From: a virus
DNA length: 64,000 nucleotides
Virus record (IMG/VR): IMGVR_UViG_3300009499_000148
Coordinates: 32,001 to 96,000 of that record
Reading direction: 5' to 3' (one strand)
A program made the translations under genes and the position numbers. Shown here piece by piece: positions 19,756-29,862 of the stretch (positions are counted from its first letter, which is position 1; each line of letters starts with the position of its first letter). The notes beneath the pieces were generated by a model. The model saw only the letters and a program-made list of their open reading frames with translations, searched no databases and was not told where the DNA came from.

Positions 19756-20849
19756 GATTGTGCTCGTTTTAATGCAGTGATGATTTTCTGACGTGCTAAA
19801 TCAACATCATCGTACGACCATACAATAATAACATTATATCCCATTTTTTCAAGCTCTAAAACCCTTCTTCTATCTACATCCCACTTTTCTGATGCAGAGT
19901 ACCCGAATCCTTTGACGATATCATCTGGCTTAAAGCGTAAAGGAGTTGCATGAACATGGTCGCCATAAAATTCAACAATGACTTTTTTTTCTTCATTGAG
20001 CTCATCGACGATTTTGCTTTTAACATGTTGCTCTGGTACAAACCCTAGCTCGTCCATTCCGATTAAGCTTCGCATTTTTTGATGAAGCTTTGAGAGACGA
20101 CATCCTGAACGGGACGTCTTTAAAAAGGCCTCAAGCTTTTCTGGATTATCTGCAAAATACTGTTTCATTTTGGCAGATATCTTCGCACGCTTTTCTGGTT
20201 TAGAGTTCGCTACCCTAGTCGCATCAGCATGATGTTTCTTTTTTTCGACATCAGAGTATGCTGCATTCACTGATGCTACTCTTTTTTCTCTAACATCAGG
20301 GCGATTTTGCGCTTCTTTTTGTGCATTGGAGCGCTTCTCTTTCATCTCTGGCGTTGCCATCATTTCTATCATTTTTTTATGATAGTCTTCATTTAACCAT
20401 AACAACTTAATTCTATTGCCGACTTTTTCTCGTCTAGTCGGGTCGTCGATATACACCTGTTTTTGTGCATCACTTCGTCGTTTTTTTACATCTGGACGAG
20501 CATTAGCTTCATCAATTGTGCGACGAAACTCATCAGAATTGTAGTACGCCTGTCGAGAAGCTCTCTTCTCAGGATTAGCATGTTGTTTTATGGCTGATAA
20601 GCTACGTTGCTTTCTAACCTCTGGCTGTGATGCATACGTTTTTGTAGCAATTCGTCTACGTTCTCTTGATGCTGGGTCGTGGTTTTTAATATGAATCGCT
20701 AGACCGTTGCTCGTCTTGAACAGCCTATCACAGATAGGGCACTTAACATCGATGTTCTGCATTGCATGCACATGCTTCATGTGAATGCGGAGCCCCTTTA
20801 AAGAAGAAAACTCTCTATTACATTTTTCACAGCACAGATTGGAGGACAT
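19752..20849 (-). CDS. free-standing endonuclease: two C2H2 fingers, helical repeats, Vsr/DUF559-type nuclease
   Basis: CEKC..H..H, CPIC..H..H, RPDV repeats, VDE...VEFYGDHVH...D..R...GYNVIIVW. Confidence 0.8.
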   Translation of the reverse strand: MSSNLCCEKCNREFSSLKGLRIHMKHVHAMQNIDVKCPICDRLFKTSNGLAIHIKNHDPASRERRRIATKTYASQPEVRKQRSLSAIKQHANPEKRASRQAYYNSDEFRRTIDEANARPDVKKRRSDAQKQVYIDDPTRREKVGNRIKLLWLNEDYHKKMIEMMATPEMKEKRSNAQKEAQNRPDVREKRVASVNAAYSDVEKKKHHADATRVANSKPEKRAKISAKMKQYFADNPEKLEAFLKTSRSGCRLSKLHQKMRSLIGMDELGFVPEQHVKSKIVDELNEEKKVIVEFYGDHVHATPLRFKPDDIVKGFGYSASEKWDVDRRRVLELEKMGYNVIIVWSYDDVDLARQKIITALKRAQS

Positions 20850-21726
20850 ATTCGTACCTCTCTGCGACGTATCCGATGTCGATGTTAGTGTCAAATCTGC
20901 CCTGTCTTACAAGAGAAAAGTCCATTTTCGGTGGGTTGTACAACTCACATGGTTTAAAGTCCCACTCATCTTCTAGAATTATTGTAGAGTCTAAACCAGC
21001 AATCTCTTCTGTGCCACCTGTGGATGAACAAATGATATGACAACCAGCGGCGCGCGCATCAACAACAATGTTCGGGCAATGGTCGATATACGCGCAATGG
21101 ATGAACGTGTCTGTCGCTCTCAACAGTGATATAAGCGCATCTCGCTCTAAATCTCCAGCATAGAACACACGCGTGTCTGCGATTCTAACGTCTGGGTCCT
21201 TACCCGCGATTATTAGAACGTCTTTCGGGCCTGAGTGCTCCATGAAATACCTGATATTCTCTCCAAGACGCTTATGCGGTCGCCATGCAGACGCGCACGT
21301 CCATACTTTCTCAACATCATGGAGCTCAGGAACGTGAAGGGCGTCGCATGACTGTATGGCTTCAACGTCGGTACCGTTGTGAATCACATGCATGTTCATG
21401 CGTGCTCCGAAGTAATTCTCAACCAAACGCCTATCAAACTCTGACTGCACAATCACGCCCTCAACCCTCTTATACGTATCCCGTATCGGTCTGTTGAGAA
21501 GCTGCCAATCCTGCGCACTGTTGAACCATATGCCATCGAGGCGTTGCACTATTGGAAGGCCCTCAAGACGTTGCGTCGCCTGGATGAACGAGAGCTGTAC
21601 ATCTGGTGACTCATGCTTCTCAACAACCGTGTGCCCTCTCATTGATAGAGCAGTCGCTATCTTGAGACCGAATCCATTCGGACCGCTTCTAGATTGAAGC
21701 TGCACATTGTCAAGCATGATACGCAT
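20827..21726 (-). CDS. GT4 family glycosyltransferase
   Basis: SGPNGF, RLDG, NGTD, DHCPNIVVDARAAG. Confidence 0.85.
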   Translation of the reverse strand: MRIMLDNVQLQSRSGPNGFGLKIATALSMRGHTVVEKHESPDVQLSFIQATQRLEGLPIVQRLDGIWFNSAQDWQLLNRPIRDTYKRVEGVIVQSEFDRRLVENYFGARMNMHVIHNGTDVEAIQSCDALHVPELHDVEKVWTCASAWRPHKRLGENIRYFMEHSGPKDVLIIAGKDPDVRIADTRVFYAGDLERDALISLLRATDTFIHCAYIDHCPNIVVDARAAGCHIICSSTGGTEEIAGLDSTIILEDEWDFKPCELYNPPKMDFSLVRQGRFDTNIDIGYVAERYEYVLQSVL

Positions 21727-22445
21727 CACTTTAAGAACCCTCTTGCTCTGACCAAATTGACTGTCGCAAGCTGTTTTCTCTCTGCCCAATCCCTATCATC
21801 AACAGAACAACTCCTGATGCGATACAGATAACACACATCTGGGATGTATTTTCTTACCTTCGCAACCGTCAATAGTGGCAACATGAGAGATTGATCGTAT
21901 CCCCTTTGAAACCACACACTCTTGTTATCCTTGAAGTTATCATCAGATATAGAGTTCAACAGACGAGCGTCGAACGTTCTGAGATGTGATGAGCACCACG
22001 GCCACTGATATGGATTAACGTTCTGTGGCATCTCCCTTGAGATGTTTATGTCATTGATGTCCCACCGGTGTGCTGTCCATGCCACGGTATCGGGCTGTGA
22101 GTGTGCATCCTTCACCAACCTGACGGTCTCAGTGTTGCAGAGCTGGTCATCGCCGTCAATGATTGCGATTATGTTTCTGTCTGCATCATTGTTGGCGATG
22201 ATTGTACGTGATGCATGAATGATGTTATAAAGAGCATACATCCTGCTTGACCCAAGAACGACAGCAATCCTACCATCAGACGCCATGGCCTCCTTTAGAG
22301 CATCTCTCGTGTCGTCAGTCGAACAATCGTCTATGAATAACGCAGACCAATCTGCGTCAGATTGCGCCTTCAACGATTGCACCAGGTCGTGGATGTTCGG
22401 AGCAGCATTATAGCATGGAATGATGAACGTTAACATATGTTTCAT
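21726..22445 (-). CDS. GT2 family glycosyltransferase
   Basis: IIPCYN, IDDCSTD, IDGDD. Confidence 0.88.
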   Translation of the reverse strand: MKHMLTFIIPCYNAAPNIHDLVQSLKAQSDADWSALFIDDCSTDDTRDALKEAMASDGRIAVVLGSSRMYALYNIIHASRTIIANNDADRNIIAIIDGDDQLCNTETVRLVKDAHSQPDTVAWTAHRWDINDINISREMPQNVNPYQWPWCSSHLRTFDARLLNSISDDNFKDNKSVWFQRGYDQSLMLPLLTVAKVRKYIPDVCYLYRIRSCSVDDRDWAERKQLATVNLVRARGFLK

Positions 22446-22449
22446 GATA

Positions 22450-22722
22450 TCATACATCATCTGATGTGAATTGAACAGGGTGTGCCGTGTCATCATTCGG
22501 TCCATAAAACACCCACGAAGTTCTCCACGCACGGGGGTCAGAAAACTCAACAATGTTACCGTCGGCTATTAAAAATACAAACCGTCTTACGTGCTTTTGA
22601 AGCACTCCTGCGTTGGTGTTGACATCGACCAATAACAGAATAGACAATTCATAATTGCTACGTGAATCCATGAATCCCGTGTAGACGAACAACGTTCCAA
22701 CTTCAAACACTGATGTGCTCAT
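22450..22722 (-). CDS. small paralog 1 of PGTLF array
   Basis: FEVGTLF...LLLV...FVFL...PRAW. Confidence 0.65.
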   Translation of the reverse strand: MSTSVFEVGTLFVYTGFMDSRSNYELSILLLVDVNTNAGVLQKHVRRFVFLIADGNIVEFSDPRAWRTSWVFYGPNDDTAHPVQFTSDDV

Positions 22723-23021
22723 TCTTTGCATCTCTTCATCACATAAGACTTATAATCGTATAACGTCATCTCATCATGCCCAGGCTCATGAACAGTCCAG
22801 TTGATGATGTTGTACAGCCACGCAACCGGTTCTGGCAAATCATCATGATAATCTGGTTCTCCACCGCCATTTGACCAATCAATGACATCTAAAAACCGAT
22901 GATGACCATCTATTTCACCTACATAGAGACGATACATTGTTCTCATGCCAAGCCAACGTTCTGCTGACATGCTATCATCAACAATCATAATGAACAGCGT
23001 TCCTGGCACATACTCATTCAT
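22719..23021 (-). CDS. small paralog 2 of PGTLF array
   Basis: YVPGTLF...RLYV...HRFL...PVAW. Confidence 0.65.
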   Translation of the reverse strand: MNEYVPGTLFIMIVDDSMSAERWLGMRTMYRLYVGEIDGHHRFLDVIDWSNGGGEPDYHDDLPEPVAWLYNIINWTVHEPGHDEMTLYDYKSYVMKRCKE

Positions 23022-23287
23022 ACATCACTGTTTATGACAAAAAGACTGGTACATTCACCGTTTAACGGACTGACAAGCCTCCAGTTCTTCGCGTTCCAAC
23101 TACGTGGGTTGTCAAGCTCAAAAACATCACCAAAAGAAGACAGAAAAAACATAGCGTTATCATTAACACTGACGAGAATAAATCTCTGCTTACACTTAGC
23201 AGTACATGAGCAGTAAAATAATGTTCCTGGAATGAATTGCTCTGCATCATCTAGAAATAAGTTTTTAAAGTTTTTCATTTGACTCAA
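23018..23287 (-). CDS. small paralog 3 of PGTLF array
   Basis: FIPGTLF...ILV...FFL...PRSW. Confidence 0.65.
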   Translation of the reverse strand: MSQMKNFKNLFLDDAEQFIPGTLFYCSCTAKCKQRFILVSVNDNAMFFLSSFGDVFELDNPRSWNAKNWRLVSPLNGECTSLFVINSDV

Positions 23288-23543
23288 CTGGACCCAAGAA
23301 TGTCGCTACTCCATCTGGAGAGACGATAAGCCACCCATTTGACCACATACCCACCCACATGTGTGGATTTACGACTGTTTCAAACATGACTGCACCGTTG
23401 TCATGTTTGCTATGTGAATGACTTAAAAAACGATACCACATTAAATTATCAGATTTAATTTCAAGGCTAACGAATAGACGAACCTCAACCTCCCATAAAT
23501 TCTGCTTTATTAACAGACAACCGGGATAGATGTTATTGCTCAT
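23265..23543 (-). CDS. small paralog 4 of PGTLF array
   Basis: IYPGCLL...RLFV...YRFL...PHMW. Confidence 0.65.
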   Translation of the reverse strand: MSNNIYPGCLLIKQNLWEVEVRLFVSLEIKSDNLMWYRFLSHSHSKHDNGAVMFETVVNPHMWVGMWSNGWLIVSPDGVATFLGPVESNEKL

Positions 23544-23552
23544 ACCATCGCT

Positions 23553-23822
23553 CTATTTCGAAAACACCACAAGTTCATCTGAACATGATGAAAGCACATA
23601 CCATATGCCGGGCCACCAGCGAGGATGAATGTAATCATGCAGGTCGCATGTCGTGGCACCTGAGTCATAAACGAACGTTCTTAAAAAGAGATAACGTCCA
23701 TCAGACAGACTCGAAACAAAGAGAGCAGTGATATGCGATGCATATTGATGCGTCATATCGTCCATTTTTCTAATCAACAGCATACCTGGAGTAAGCGTCT
23801 GTATCATAGCATCAGTGACCAT
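23553..23822 (-). CDS. small paralog 5 of PGTLF array
   Basis: LTPGMLL...ALFV...YLFL...PRWW. Confidence 0.65.
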   Translation of the reverse strand: MVTDAMIQTLTPGMLLIRKMDDMTHQYASHITALFVSSLSDGRYLFLRTFVYDSGATTCDLHDYIHPRWWPGIWYVLSSCSDELVVFSK

Positions 23823-24138
23823 CTACGTCTCCCAATATCAGTTCATTGGTTGAACCGAGAAAAACGACCTTCGTTTCAGGTGCAAACACAGGATTCCATA
23901 ACGACACAACCTCGATTGATTCAACGTCGTGTGCACCGCTGGGTCTAACGCAGACATCCACCTCTAAGAACACGTACACATCACCAAATGGATGCTCATT
24001 GTCACGAATGCGATTCACCAACAATCGATACACTGTGCCTTGTCTCACATTCCGTTTGTTCCAAATCAGCAACGTTCCCAGAGGGATATTCACGTTTGAC
24101 AGAAACACATGTTCTCTCTTAAAAGCGGACATAATCAT
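23812..24138 (-). CDS. small paralog 6 of PGTLF array
   Basis: IPLGTLL...RLLV...YVFL...NPVF. Confidence 0.65.
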   Translation of the reverse strand: MIMSAFKREHVFLSNVNIPLGTLLIWNKRNVRQGTVYRLLVNRIRDNEHPFGDVYVFLEVDVCVRPSGAHDVESIEVVSLWNPVFAPETKVVFLGSTNELILGDVDGH

Positions 24139-24379
24139 TCAACCTAACAGGGTATGACTCCCCAACATTGATGAATGAAACATTTTTTTTGGATATCCAA
24201 AGATGAGGAGCATCGTAGCATGCTAAATAAGAAACGCCGTTAAACGTCTCTAAAAACTCATACTTGTTTTCAACAAACAAATCACCCATGACAACTCGTC
24301 GAATCAACAACAGAATCATGTTTGGTATGTCTTCAGATTGAGGTTCTACAAAAAACAGCGTCCCTGGCAACCACTCCAT
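24119..24379 (-). CDS. small paralog 7 of PGTLF array
   Basis: WLPGTLF...LLLI...YEFL...PHLW. Confidence 0.65.
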   Translation of the reverse strand: MEWLPGTLFFVEPQSEDIPNMILLLIRRVVMGDLFVENKYEFLETFNGVSYLACYDAPHLWISKKNVSFINVGESYPVRLNDYVRF

Positions 24380-24387
24380 ACTGATGA

Positions 24388-24681
24388 TTATAGCACGACT
24401 TTAACATCCATTACAACGCTGTAGTATGCATCGTTGTACTCAGTCAAAGGCCTCTCTACATCATCCGGCTGTATGTAGCACCATGAACGTGAGTGCCAGT
24501 CTATCGGTGACGACTCAAATAGCTCACCATCGCCATCGAGAAACACGTATGACGAAGAGCTGCCAGGTGATTGTCGTATCAGAAGCAACGCTGCATGGCG
24601 GCGAGCCAACACAGAACGGAAATCTTTCCTAAAGAACAGCGTCCCTGGCTTAAAAAACTCATTCACAGACGTCTGCATCAA
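24388..24681 (-). CDS. small paralog 8 of PGTLF array
   Basis: FKPGTLF...LLLI...YVFL...PIDW. Confidence 0.65.
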   Translation of the reverse strand: MMQTSVNEFFKPGTLFFRKDFRSVLARRHAALLLIRQSPGSSSSYVFLDGDGELFESSPIDWHSRSWCYIQPDDVERPLTEYNDAYYSVVMDVKVVL

Positions 24682-25897
24682 TTGAGAAGATGTTATCAGA
24701 AAGCAACCTAATCGCTCCTGTCGGTGATGACATCAGCTCTTCTGTCTGAAATGGTTTGAGCGTCTCTCTAACGGCGGCGTCCCTACGGGCCTTATACGCC
24801 TCGTGGTCAAGCGAACGAAGCGCGGCGTTCCCTGGGTCCTTGCACACTCGACATATCGGCGGCACAGACAGCGGGTTGGGAAGCCTCATTGAGTTGAACA
24901 CAGGATGATGCCACGCCCAAAACAGGTCATCATTTGTCATCTTGTCAATGTCTGCTATCATCGGGCTTATCCTGTTGCAGACAGCTAGCTCAGACTGTCC
25001 CTTTCGAAACGGGTCTGACTTGAACAGAAAGCTGCTGAACGGCTCATGGCATCCACCAGCATACGGCTTCTCATCAGTTGGGAATGCAGTCTTTCCACTC
25101 ACAACATCAAGCGCTGGGATGATTGACTGCTGCTGGTGCTTCTGCTCAACGATGAACTTCGGCTCTTTCGGGTCAAGCTGTAATCCAACACGAGCTGCCT
25201 CATCATAGACTGCTCTTAGAGTGTCATTCGTTAGCTTGACATCATCGTACAATGAGACATCTTCATCAAAGTCATTTGGAGACTTATAATAAAGATAGAC
25301 GGTCATCATATCAACACCAAGAGACTTCGCCATCCTCACTGCCGCGACTGCATCTACCTGATTCAAACGTCCAATCCCAAAGTTGATGTTCGTCCTCGTC
25401 GGCACACCCTTTCTTGCGGAGCAAAAATACCTGATGTTCTCAATCACACGCTCGAACCTGTTTTTATTGCCCGGGCCCATCACCCTAGCATAGACCTCAG
25501 GTGTCGCTGCATGCAATGAGAACGTCAATGAGACGGGTGCATGCGCAATGAGAAAATCAGACCTCTCTTTCGTTAGAAGAAGACCGTTCGTCGATAGGTC
25601 TATCACGATGTTCTTGTTGATGTCCCTTATCGTCCTGATGATGTCGTCGAACGTTGGCGCATATAGGGGCTCACCCAACCCAGTCCGACCACCGATATTC
25701 ACGACACGTGCAGAGCGCAACATCGACGTGAACGCTAGAACGTTCTCTACAGTCATGATGTTGCGTTGGTAGCTCTTTCCTATCTTATGAAGCTTCTCAT
25801 CGACGCCGTTGATTTCACAGAAACCACACCTATAATTGCATTGTGCGATTATGGGAAGAGAAATGAAGTCAGGTCTCATCTGTGTGTTCATAGTCAC
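24659..25897 (-). CDS. radical SAM protein with SPASM/Twitch-like C-terminus
   Basis: CNYRCGFC, GEP, STNG, CHEPF...C...CRVC. Confidence 0.88.
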   Translation of the reverse strand: MTMNTQMRPDFISLPIIAQCNYRCGFCEINGVDEKLHKIGKSYQRNIMTVENVLAFTSMLRSARVVNIGGRTGLGEPLYAPTFDDIIRTIRDINKNIVIDLSTNGLLLTKERSDFLIAHAPVSLTFSLHAATPEVYARVMGPGNKNRFERVIENIRYFCSARKGVPTRTNINFGIGRLNQVDAVAAVRMAKSLGVDMMTVYLYYKSPNDFDEDVSLYDDVKLTNDTLRAVYDEAARVGLQLDPKEPKFIVEQKHQQQSIIPALDVVSGKTAFPTDEKPYAGGCHEPFSSFLFKSDPFRKGQSELAVCNRISPMIADIDKMTNDDLFWAWHHPVFNSMRLPNPLSVPPICRVCKDPGNAALRSLDHEAYKARRDAAVRETLKPFQTEELMSSPTGAIRLLSDNIFSIDADVCE

Positions 25898-26283
25898 CGA
25901 CTTAGCTTAAATCGCTTCTTTAAAGCATCTCTAAGCATATTAATTTTATTTAAACGAGCTTCATGTTCTGGTGCTAGTTGATAATTACAGTGCTCACGAT
26001 GCATACCTTCAAAATCTTTAAGACTAAGTCCAACAGCTTCTTTACGAAGGGTTTCAAGATCTTTATCGTTGTGTGTATCTAAGCCTCTAATCTTAGATTG
26101 CTGGTTAGCAAAATTTTGATTAACAATATTATGATTTATACCACGTGGAGGTTTAAAGTTATCAATCCACTCTTCAAAAAACGCACAAATTTGAACAAGC
26201 GCTTGTCTTTTAGCTTCTTTTTTACCAACGTTAAATATGAAGCTAAAAATATCAAAAATATTAAAATGAAAAATGCTAAACAT
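25894..26283 (-). CDS. AT-rich hypothetical protein
   Basis: ORF whose stop overlaps the next start; no recognised motif. Confidence 0.45.
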   Translation of the reverse strand: MFSIFHFNIFDIFSFIFNVGKKEAKRQALVQICAFFEEWIDNFKPPRGINHNIVNQNFANQQSKIRGLDTHNDKDLETLRKEAVGLSLKDFEGMHREHCNYQLAPEHEARLNKINMLRDALKKRFKLSR

Positions 26284-26320
26284 ATGTTCCTAAATTTCAA
26301 AAAATTCTAACTTCAATATA

Positions 26321-27055
26321 TCACCAATCATTCAAGAATGCACTTGCATCGAACTTAGGATGCTTCACAAGCACCTGTCCGTAGTCAATCTGCTCATCAG
26401 GGATGCGTCTATCGTCAAAGAAAATCCTGCGGTCAGAGCGAATGAGTTCTTTGTCTTCGTCAAGCCCGTCGATGAACCTAGCAACCTGCATGTCTGGGCT
26501 CTTTGATGATGGGTCGTAGTCGTCGAAAAGTACAAACTTATTATACCTATCCTTGAGACATTCCCAGTCGTACTTTACACCCTCGAATGTGTGAAGCCCA
26601 TCGATGTAAATCAAATCGACGTTCTCCTTGATGTTCAGGACTGCATCATTGACTGTTCCCTTTATGAGATTGAGCTTCGAAAGCCACTCCCTTGGAAACG
26701 CCTGACCCAGGAGCTTGAGGTGGTTCTCATCGAAGTTCGGGTCGACGCTATACACCCTGCCGTCGTCAAAGCCCATGTCTGTCATTGCCTTTGCAGCGCA
26801 GAGGGATGCATAGCCACGACCGAACCCTATCTCCAACATCGTTCGAATCTCATAGCGCTTGATAAGGGCATAGATGAGGAGACCACGCTCAAAATTCGGT
26901 CTAAAAAAAGCTCCTGCAGAGCGATAAAGCGGGTCTGATGGATGACGAGACTTTTTAGCAGTCAGCTCACCAATCTGGTCAAAGTCTCCAAGTGAAAGTG
27001 AAGAAACTGGATAATGTAGCTCTTCTAGCTTCTGTCTAATGTCTGTGTGTTTCAT
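26321..27055 (-). CDS. class I SAM-dependent methyltransferase (Methyltransf_24-like)
   Basis: LEIGFGRGYA, SVDP, DLIYIDGLHTFEG, FDDY. Confidence 0.85.
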   Translation of the reverse strand: MKHTDIRQKLEELHYPVSSLSLGDFDQIGELTAKKSRHPSDPLYRSAGAFFRPNFERGLLIYALIKRYEIRTMLEIGFGRGYASLCAAKAMTDMGFDDGRVYSVDPNFDENHLKLLGQAFPREWLSKLNLIKGTVNDAVLNIKENVDLIYIDGLHTFEGVKYDWECLKDRYNKFVLFDDYDPSSKSPDMQVARFIDGLDEDKELIRSDRRIFFDDRRIPDEQIDYGQVLVKHPKFDASAFLNDW

Positions 27056-27936
27056 GGTAGGAATTCCTTTAATTTAGAAAAATCACCGCGCTTAACTTCT
27101 TTATCTGTTATTCTAACCAGCTTTAAATTATTGGTTTTAAACCAAGCATTTTGTTCACTGTCAGTGTGGCGTCTGCTATAGATGTTAATGTCTCGTTTTG
27201 TTTTTAACAAAGCTAATTCTTCGACTGTTCTGTCAAGGCCATGCCAATATACACCATCAAGCTGGATATACGCATCAACACTCTTGACATAAAAGTCAAT
27301 AGGCCATCTATGAATGAATTTCTGATAAATGACATTGTCAATGCCAAATGTTGATTGTAGAAATGTCTCAAGCTTGGCTTCAGGTTTTGTTTTTTTTCCA
27401 TATGTCCCATTTCGCTTCATCGTTTCATGACGTCTTTGATGAGCTTCTGGTGTCCAAGCTTCTTTAATTGACTTACTTTTTTTCTCTTTAATTTCTGGTC
27501 TATTTTGTGCTTCTTTTTGAATTTCACTTGCTTTTGCTTTATACTCAGGAGTACTATGTGAACGTTTAATAGACACACTTCGTTTTTGCACAACATCATG
27601 ACGGTTTTGAGCTATTTTTTGAGCTTTAGAACGTTTTTCTTTGACATCTGGTTTCGATAATGATTTTGTAATAGCAGCTATTGTTCGCTCCCTAATCTCT
27701 TGATTTTGCCAATTTTCTTTCGTCTTACTGACATTCATCGAATGAACTTTTCCGCCAGGTTTGTTTGCATTTTTTCGACAATCATCATTACAAAATGTAT
27801 ATTTCTGTTTAAGAAAATCAAGATTATGTGGTCTTATAAATGATAACGAGCATTGATCGCAAATAAAACGCATAACAGTTTTCTTTTTATTCTTTCTCGG
27901 ATGTGAATACTCAATCGTCTCAAACTTTATGAACAT
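27052..27936 (-). CDS. free-standing endonuclease: Zn finger, helical repeats, Vsr/DUF559-type nuclease
   Basis: Nuclease domain closely similar to 12819..13697 (WPIDFYVKS, QLDGVYWHGLDR). Confidence 0.8.
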   Translation of the reverse strand: MFIKFETIEYSHPRKNKKKTVMRFICDQCSLSFIRPHNLDFLKQKYTFCNDDCRKNANKPGGKVHSMNVSKTKENWQNQEIRERTIAAITKSLSKPDVKEKRSKAQKIAQNRHDVVQKRSVSIKRSHSTPEYKAKASEIQKEAQNRPEIKEKKSKSIKEAWTPEAHQRRHETMKRNGTYGKKTKPEAKLETFLQSTFGIDNVIYQKFIHRWPIDFYVKSVDAYIQLDGVYWHGLDRTVEELALLKTKRDINIYSRRHTDSEQNAWFKTNNLKLVRITDKEVKRGDFSKLKEFLP

Positions 27937-29854
27937 TTCTCTTCATCCACTCTTCTATCACTTTAGGATGTTTAATTTGACACCTTATGCTTGGTGTTGG
28001 CCTTGAAAAATCAACTCTCTGATGAAAAATCCATCCACCCATTTCTTTGCTCAACTTCTTTGCTAAAATGTCAATTTCATCATCACTGACGTCTGACCAC
28101 TTCTTGTCGAAAAATTTATTGTTATCTGCAGTATCTTCTTGCTTAACGTCGTAAAGACTTTCCCAATGCTTTGACCAATAATTCTTATAAGTTTTTATCT
28201 TTCTTTCGATATTGAACCAACTATAATGATGCACTGACGGGAGGGCTTTCACAGCTTGATTGAACCACTCTTCGAACTGTTTTAGTGCATCAGGATTGCT
28301 AAATGCAGCCTGCCGAACTTGTTCAACATCAGGCGTATAGAACGATGCAGCAGGGACAACATCAAATGTATCATGTCTGACATAATCACAACCATCGCTT
28401 CCAGGAGCTGAAAATAATTCGCCGTCGCTGTCGAACTTTCTCAACTGTCGCGGAATACCATGTGTAGTAGTTGGAGCGTTCCAACTCAATCGCCACTTCC
28501 AAACGTTGATATCCATTCTTACCTTGTCTGGCCCACCCCAATATTCAATCACTGGTAATGAAAGAACAGGAATGTTTTTCGGAAGGATTTTTGCAACATC
28601 TCTAACCTTTTGATAATCATCTTCATGAACTAGTTCGTCGCTATCTTGCTGCCAGCATAATGTTTTTGTGCAAAGCGACCGAGCCAACGCCTTTTGTGCT
28701 CCATCAAATACAGCAAACCTCTTATGGCTCCAGTCTCTCTTCTGCTGATGAATAACAACACGTGCATCAGATGCAGCTAACGACTGCAACTTTTCCCACG
28801 TTCCATCAGTTGAGCCGCCATCAACAATCACTACTTCATCACAAAACCCTAACATTGACGTAATACACTCGACGAATGGATAATCTTGGCTTATACAATC
28901 TTTTGTCGTCGTATATCCAGATATCGTTGGCCTGTAGTCGATATCTGCTTTAATACCATTCCAGAATGTCTCTCTTGCTGCATAGAGATACGCTTCTGTG
29001 TTGAACATATCATCAGTTTCAAACCAAAGTTCATGACGATGCTGAACATTATCATTCAGATAAAGCTTACATCCAAGAAGTTTTGCTTCGATAACGAGGC
29101 GTGGACATGTATCTTCGCCTTTTGGAAGAAAGACAAGTCCTTCTGCTTGAACAAGCTCTTCAAGCATTTTTTCATAAGGTAGCCCCCAAACAACACGATG
29201 CTCAAGGCCATGCTCATTGCAGTATGCAACTGCATCATCAGTGCCCTTAACCCAAGACGGAGAACCACATACGATATTTCCCTTTCTAGGAAGTTGTTTT
29301 GCATTAAGAAGCTTAATTCTAGCGAATGTCTCATCATCAAATACAGATGAAAGTACCATATTGGGACGCTGTGATAGAAACGGAAATGCCTTATGATGTA
29401 TATCCATCTGCTTTTCAGACATCCACCACAACGACTTAGCACCATAAAGAAATGCAGATACAAGCTTCCCTCTATCTTCGTTCTGACAATCACATTGAGT
29501 TTTCTCAATATCACTGTGCTTCATCGGAGAACGATAACGACAGAAGTGAAAATCAAAACTGATAATTGAATAACTCATATTGCCAACAATTGTTGGAATG
29601 AGCTCTGTGTTCAAATTTGAAAAGTTTCCGAATATCCAGTGTTTCCCATGGCCTTGTTGTAATAGCTCAACAGAAACATCACGTGAATGAACACGATACA
29701 CTTCAAATGGAGATGCTTTAATTAAAGCCTCTGTCGTTAGTTCTGCTCCTCCGTTATAATCAGAAAGGAACATGTCAGAAACGACAACAACATCGCAGTC
29801 TGCAATCGACTTTGCTTTTGAAAAAAGATGTTCTGCTAAATTGATAATAGTCAT
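27920..29854 (-). CDS. two-domain glycosyltransferase (GT-B/GT4-like fused to GT2)
   Basis: GGAE, KG, DTCPRLVIEAKLLG; then VDGGSTDGT and QDSDE. Confidence 0.85.
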   Translation of the reverse strand: MTIINLAEHLFSKAKSIADCDVVVVSDMFLSDYNGGAELTTEALIKASPFEVYRVHSRDVSVELLQQGHGKHWIFGNFSNLNTELIPTIVGNMSYSIISFDFHFCRYRSPMKHSDIEKTQCDCQNEDRGKLVSAFLYGAKSLWWMSEKQMDIHHKAFPFLSQRPNMVLSSVFDDETFARIKLLNAKQLPRKGNIVCGSPSWVKGTDDAVAYCNEHGLEHRVVWGLPYEKMLEELVQAEGLVFLPKGEDTCPRLVIEAKLLGCKLYLNDNVQHRHELWFETDDMFNTEAYLYAARETFWNGIKADIDYRPTISGYTTTKDCISQDYPFVECITSMLGFCDEVVIVDGGSTDGTWEKLQSLAASDARVVIHQQKRDWSHKRFAVFDGAQKALARSLCTKTLCWQQDSDELVHEDDYQKVRDVAKILPKNIPVLSLPVIEYWGGPDKVRMDINVWKWRLSWNAPTTTHGIPRQLRKFDSDGELFSAPGSDGCDYVRHDTFDVVPAASFYTPDVEQVRQAAFSNPDALKQFEEWFNQAVKALPSVHHYSWFNIERKIKTYKNYWSKHWESLYDVKQEDTADNNKFFDKKWSDVSDDEIDILAKKLSKEMGGWIFHQRVDFSRPTPSIRCQIKHPKVIEEWMKRNVHKV

Positions 29855-29862
29855 TCAGCTCA

